Below, piece after piece: positions 17,048 through 20,000 of a stretch of 20,000 nucleotides of DNA. Positions within the stretch are counted from its first letter, which is position 1. Every line of letters starts with the position of its first letter. Source of the stretch: an uncultured virus (IMG/VR IMGVR_UViG_3300023117_001979) (lineage: Duplodnaviria > Heunggongvirae > Uroviricota > Caudoviricetes). Below the pieces are notes generated by a model. That model did not search any database, was not told the DNA's origin, and was given only the letters and a program-made list of their open reading frames with translations. Position numbers and translations under genes: made by a program. The stretch lies in the IMG/VR virus record IMGVR_UViG_3300023117_001979. The stretch is one strand, 5' to 3'.

Positions 17048-17659
17048 GTGGACATTAAGGTTTACAAAATTTATATCGACGGTGCCTGTCCTGGAAATGG
17101 GACAGATGAAGCTGTCGGTGGAATGGGCTTCGCGCAAGAAAATGTGCGACCAGTGTCTGTTCCTTATACAGACCATATGCTACAACGCTATGGTATACCA
17201 ACGAATCAAAAAACTGAGCTTTTAGCAGCACTGATAGCCGTTGCTACTCTGTGCCAAGCTCTCAAGGAAGATGAGGAGTTTGCGATTCAAGCTAAAGCTA
17301 AACTAATTATCATTGAGGTTTACAGTGATTCGAAATATGTAGTCGATGGAATTAATATTTGGCTACACAACTGGAAGGCTAATGGTTGGTACAATAGTAA
17401 AAAACAACCAATAGCAAATTTACAAATGTGGAAAGACATTGACGCAATTTTGTCATATGGAGACCACCGTGGTCTCTTTTCTTTTTTCCATGTCGCTGGT
17501 CACTCCGGAAACAAACTAAATGACCAAGCTGATGAAGCAGCTGTTTATGCTACTTCGAATAACAGGGGTGACGAAAACCATTTGATGCTGAGTATGACCT
17601 CAGATGACTGGTCGTCGTTCTTGGAGATGCTGGCTTCTTGCTATGCTATCCAATTTTAA
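17048..17659 (+). CDS. rnhA: Ribonuclease HI
   Basis: IYIDGACPGNG, TNQKTELLA, VYSDSKYVVDGI, WLHNWKANGW...PIANLQMW, HVAGHSG..LNDQAD: the full D-E-D-(H)-D catalytic set. Motif GTG start. Confidence 0.93.
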   Translation: MDIKVYKIYIDGACPGNGTDEAVGGMGFAQENVRPVSVPYTDHMLQRYGIPTNQKTELLAALIAVATLCQALKEDEEFAIQAKAKLIIIEVYSDSKYVVDGINIWLHNWKANGWYNSKKQPIANLQMWKDIDAILSYGDHRGLFSFFHVAGHSGNKLNDQADEAAVYATSNNRGDENHLMLSMTSDDWSSFLEMLASCYAIQF

Positions 17660-17667
17660 CCCAATAA

Positions 17668-18060
17668 GTGAACCGTGAAAAATACGGATGCGTTACGAAT
17701 GAAAACTTTGTTACCAGAATAAAGAGCTCTAGAAACGATACTGTCTATGAAGTTAGATATGGCAAGTTTCCTGAATTAGACTCTAATGGTGACATTAAAG
17801 AAATTTGGAGATGGAACTGCGAATGTCCTTCTTGGACAATGCGCAGAAACCCATGTAAACATTTGAGCCAAGCTAAGCAAGAATATTGCGGCTGGCAAGA
17901 AAATTTAGTCTATGAGCCACCATTAGAAATGGAATATCTAGACGAAAAAAGCGGAGAGGCATTGTGTCCTCTTTGTGACCGGTTAGCGTACCCGCTATCG
18001 GTTTTGAAGAACAAGTATGACCATAATTCAAGTGTCTTAGGTGATGAAAATGCCGACTGA
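17668..18060 (+). CDS. SWIM zinc-finger protein
   Basis: YEVRY...WNCECPSW...PCKHL (CxC-xn-CxH), followed by CGW...CPLC. Motif GTG start. Confidence 0.8.
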   Translation: MNREKYGCVTNENFVTRIKSSRNDTVYEVRYGKFPELDSNGDIKEIWRWNCECPSWTMRRNPCKHLSQAKQEYCGWQENLVYEPPLEMEYLDEKSGEALCPLCDRLAYPLSVLKNKYDHNSSVLGDENAD

Positions 18061-18472
18061 TAGATTGGGTGATACAGGTGAGCCACTAACGAAGGCTCGA
18101 AGAAAATACTTAACGAAAATGCGGAAGAAATGGAATCGTAGAATTTTAATTGCTAGAATTAGCAAAGAATTGACTTTGGCACATGTCAGGAATGGATATG
18201 ATGAATTTTGGCTAACCTGGGAAAATATTCTCGACTATATTCGAGAAAGACCTGGTAGCAAAAGACATGACATGAGTCTTGACGAATTAACAAACCGTGC
18301 CCAGTATATGCTGGGACAGGATTTCATCGTTCAAGAAGAACACGACCGTCAGATTACTCGTGGTGGAATATCACGACGCTGGCGAGGGATTATGTTTCGC
18401 ATTGTGGATATGGATGCTTTAGATGAGTTTATTGACATGTGTCAAAATAAACGCGATAATGTAGGGCTCTAA
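18050..18472 (+). CDS. Basic hypothetical protein, possibly wHTH-like
   Basis: ATG 18050 behind AGGTGA; 11-nt overlap with the upstream stop. Confidence 0.7.
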   Translation: MPTDRLGDTGEPLTKARRKYLTKMRKKWNRRILIARISKELTLAHVRNGYDEFWLTWENILDYIRERPGSKRHDMSLDELTNRAQYMLGQDFIVQEEHDRQITRGGISRRWRGIMFRIVDMDALDEFIDMCQNKRDNVGL

Positions 18473-18479
18473 AGTATAA

Positions 18480-18701
18480 GTGACCGGTAAAAATCACAAC
18501 GAAAATTCGAATGACTGGCTAACTCCTGATGAGTTAGCTTCCATAATTTGGGTAAGCTTACCTGAGGATAAGCTTGCAGTCAACCGAGAGTTCCTAAAAA
18601 TTGTATTTAGGAAATTAAACATTGGCGATGTATGGATGTGGCCTGAGACCCAACGGGTTTTTAGGCGAGTATCAGAACATCACTTCATGGAGGTGAAGTA
18701 A
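18480..18701 (+). CDS. Small hypothetical protein (73 aa)
   Basis: Motif GTG start; TAATG overlap with the next gene. Confidence 0.7.
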   Translation: MTGKNHNENSNDWLTPDELASIIWVSLPEDKLAVNREFLKIVFRKLNIGDVWMWPETQRVFRRVSEHHFMEVK

Positions 18702-19231
18702 TGGAACTAGGAAAGGAGTTTGACAAATTTGTCCAAGACCTGCAAGAGAGAGCTATCAAAGAATTTGAAGAAAATGGCTCTGTTGGGCATAGCACTGTTA
18801 TGCTAACAATGAATGCTGGAAAGCTTGCTCGTGGGGCAGTAATTATGCCTGAGGAAGTAATCAACAATCGTGACTTGTACTATGCGCTAATCAAGCAACT
18901 TGTACAACAAACTCGTGCAATAGCGGTATGCTTTACTGCTGAATCTTGGGTAGGAGGGAACAAAGACATTAGCGCGTCAGAAGACCCTAATCGAAGGGAA
19001 GCAGTAATAATAAATGCTACACGCTATAATCCCTCTGGCGCCGTAATCGATAGTAGAGTAATTGCTCTAATGATAAATCGAGATGTTGAGCCACCAGTTT
19101 TGCTAAATGAAGAGGAAACTTTGAGAGTTATGGCAGAACGAGCAGGTGAAGACGATATTGAAGGCTTCATTTTCAACGAAAACCGCCTTGCAAATGACAC
19201 CGGTTCAGGTCCTGATTACTTTAGGGCTTGA
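18701..19231 (+). CDS. Hypothetical protein (176 aa)
   Basis: GGAGGTGA SD; contains AVCFTAESW...DPNRREAV. Confidence 0.8.
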   Translation: MELGKEFDKFVQDLQERAIKEFEENGSVGHSTVMLTMNAGKLARGAVIMPEEVINNRDLYYALIKQLVQQTRAIAVCFTAESWVGGNKDISASEDPNRREAVIINATRYNPSGAVIDSRVIALMINRDVEPPVLLNEEETLRVMAERAGEDDIEGFIFNENRLANDTGSGPDYFRA

Positions 19232-19238
19232 CTAATAA

Positions 19239-19757
19239 GTGGAAGAAGAAATACCACAAGATTTGGACGAGAAAAGAATTGACTTGTCCCAATTTGATGC
19301 AATTACTCCCGGAAACTGGGAGGTAATAGAAACCCCTAATGGAGGAATTGACATTGGGGTTAGGATAGGAGATAATGCACATCGGCATATCATCACCTTT
19401 ACTGAATCTCTTGGCAACCAAGCCAAGAAAATCGACAGGGATGTTGCTGACATGAACGCTATTGCAGCGGTTCCTAGTTTAATTGCACAATTGAAAATTT
19501 GCTATGAAGCAATTGACCAAATTAAGGATGCATTGCTAGAGCAAACACAAACGAATATCTTTTTAGAGAAGGTCAGGGAGGCCAAAAGTGGCCTTATTAA
19601 AGAAGACCTTAGTGCCTTCAAAGAAGATTTGTGGCGCGAAGCAATTTGTGATGAATCTGAGAACCTAATTCACAATAGAGGTGAAGAAGGGTTCTTTATT
19701 TCTGCAAAATTGGTAAACAAAATGTACAACTACTTCTCGTCGATGACTAGGGGTTGA
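19239..19757 (+). CDS. Hypothetical protein with Ead/Ea22-like N-terminal pattern, paralog of 2833-3249
   Basis: RIDLSQFDAITPGNWEV...ADMNAIAAVPSLIAQLKICYEAID; motif GTG start. Confidence 0.7.
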   Translation: MEEEIPQDLDEKRIDLSQFDAITPGNWEVIETPNGGIDIGVRIGDNAHRHIITFTESLGNQAKKIDRDVADMNAIAAVPSLIAQLKICYEAIDQIKDALLEQTQTNIFLEKVREAKSGLIKEDLSAFKEDLWREAICDESENLIHNRGEEGFFISAKLVNKMYNYFSSMTRG

Positions 19758-19772
19758 TTGATATAAGTGAGA

Positions 19773-19802
19773 GAGGAACCGAAAGGTTCCTCATTTTTTT
19801 TT
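19773..19802 (+). terminator. Intrinsic terminator: 8-bp stem, GAAA loop and T9 tail; possibly bidirectional
   Basis: GAGGAACC (19773-19780) GAAA GGTTCCTC (19785-19792), then A and nine T. Lies between convergent genes. Confidence 0.85.
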
Positions 19803-19805
19803 GTC

Positions 19806-20000
19806 TTATTGTGAGCACAATAGGGCATAAGCAATGTGTTTTGACACCTTATGCTCGCCGGGCTCATAGACGCCGTAGTAAGTATTAGCAGTCTTGGAAA
19901 TAGAGACCTCTACTTCTTCGTCGCCTAGCAATTCCTTTTGCAAATCGAGAACCCATGACATATCAGTTAGGTGCTGGATGCTTGGGACTTTGCAACATAC
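19806..20000 (-). CDS. 3' end of a convergent hypothetical protein, truncated by the window edge
   Basis: Minus frame open from 20000 to TAA ending at 19806 (...VYEPGEHKVSKHIAYALLCSQ*); stops just before the terminator. Confidence 0.6.
   Translation of the reverse strand, partial: VCCKVPSIQHLTDMSWVLDLQKELLGDEEVEVSISKTANTYYGVYEPGEHKVSKHIAYALLCSQ

Larger units (their letters stand above)
499..19769 (+). promoter_or_regulatory. Dispersed gene-junction heptamer ATAAGTG, 22 copies; its GTG is the start codon of the downstream gene in 20 cases
   Basis: Copies start at 499, 661, 1776, 3255, 3979, 5130, 6638, 8008, 8496, 10279, 11665, 12790, 13484, 14065, 15174, 15784, 16146, 17044, 17664, 18476, 19235 and 19763. 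All overlap or lie within 9 nt after an upstream stop codon. None was found in the interior of a + strand CDS by manual scan. The function is inferred, not shown. Confidence 0.9.

Noticed and set aside
17044..17080. WATAAG as a standard archaeal TATA box
   Set aside because: A TATA box would put the TSS ~25 nt downstream, inside the ORFs. In RNase HI no standard start codon there would retain the first catalytic Asp (codon 11).
499..19241. Stop-codon reassignment or TAA read-through producing a polyprotein
   Set aside because: Upstream genes end at their own TAA, TGA or TAG at variable distances and frames relative to the motif, and the standard code already gives near-complete coding density with intact enzymes.
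8..19453. Minus-strand ORFs and nested alternative-frame + ORFs in the ORF track (e.g. 7837-8226, 8338-8712, 16016-16438, 10371-10646)
   Set aside because: They lie within or across better-supported + strand genes, lack SD or motif starts and show no recognisable domains; treated as shadow ORFs.
499..19769. ATAAGTG copies as a CRISPR array or classical integron attC sites
   Set aside because: The repeat is only 7 nt, spacing is gene-sized and irregular (about 160-1800 nt), there is no flanking palindrome or GTTRRRY/RYYYAAC pair, and no cas or integrase gene is present in the window.

Overview
Gene-dense, non-cellular-looking DNA: about 40 tightly packed, mostly small + strand ORFs run from the left edge to about 19757. 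They end at a hairpin + poly(T) terminator (19773-19802) that faces a convergent minus-strand gene running off the right edge. The window is best read as the accessory or host-takeover region of a large virus or extrachromosomal element with a probably archaeal host (inference). Support: GGTGA/GGAGG ribosome-binding sites, a PriS-like primase, a PCNA-binding PIP box and an archaeal ribosomal-stalk-like C-terminus. Recognisable products: AEP/PriS-like primase with an N-terminal Zn finger, RNase HI, retropepsin-like (DTG) protease, SWIM-finger protein, eukaryote-type GATA zinc-finger protein, SAP/HeH-tailed protein and several other Cys-rich proteins. The most striking signal is an exact heptamer, ATAAGTG (WATAAGTG in 21 of 22 cases), found 22 times on the + strand by manual scan. 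Every copy lies at a gene junction, overlapping or within 9 nt after an upstream stop codon, and in 20 of 22 cases its GTG is the start codon of the next gene. Most other genes use ATG with a Shine-Dalgarno-like site and/or overlap the upstream stop. This suggests an undescribed element-specific gene-start, processing or cassette-boundary signal. All family calls come from motif recognition by eye; no database search was run.
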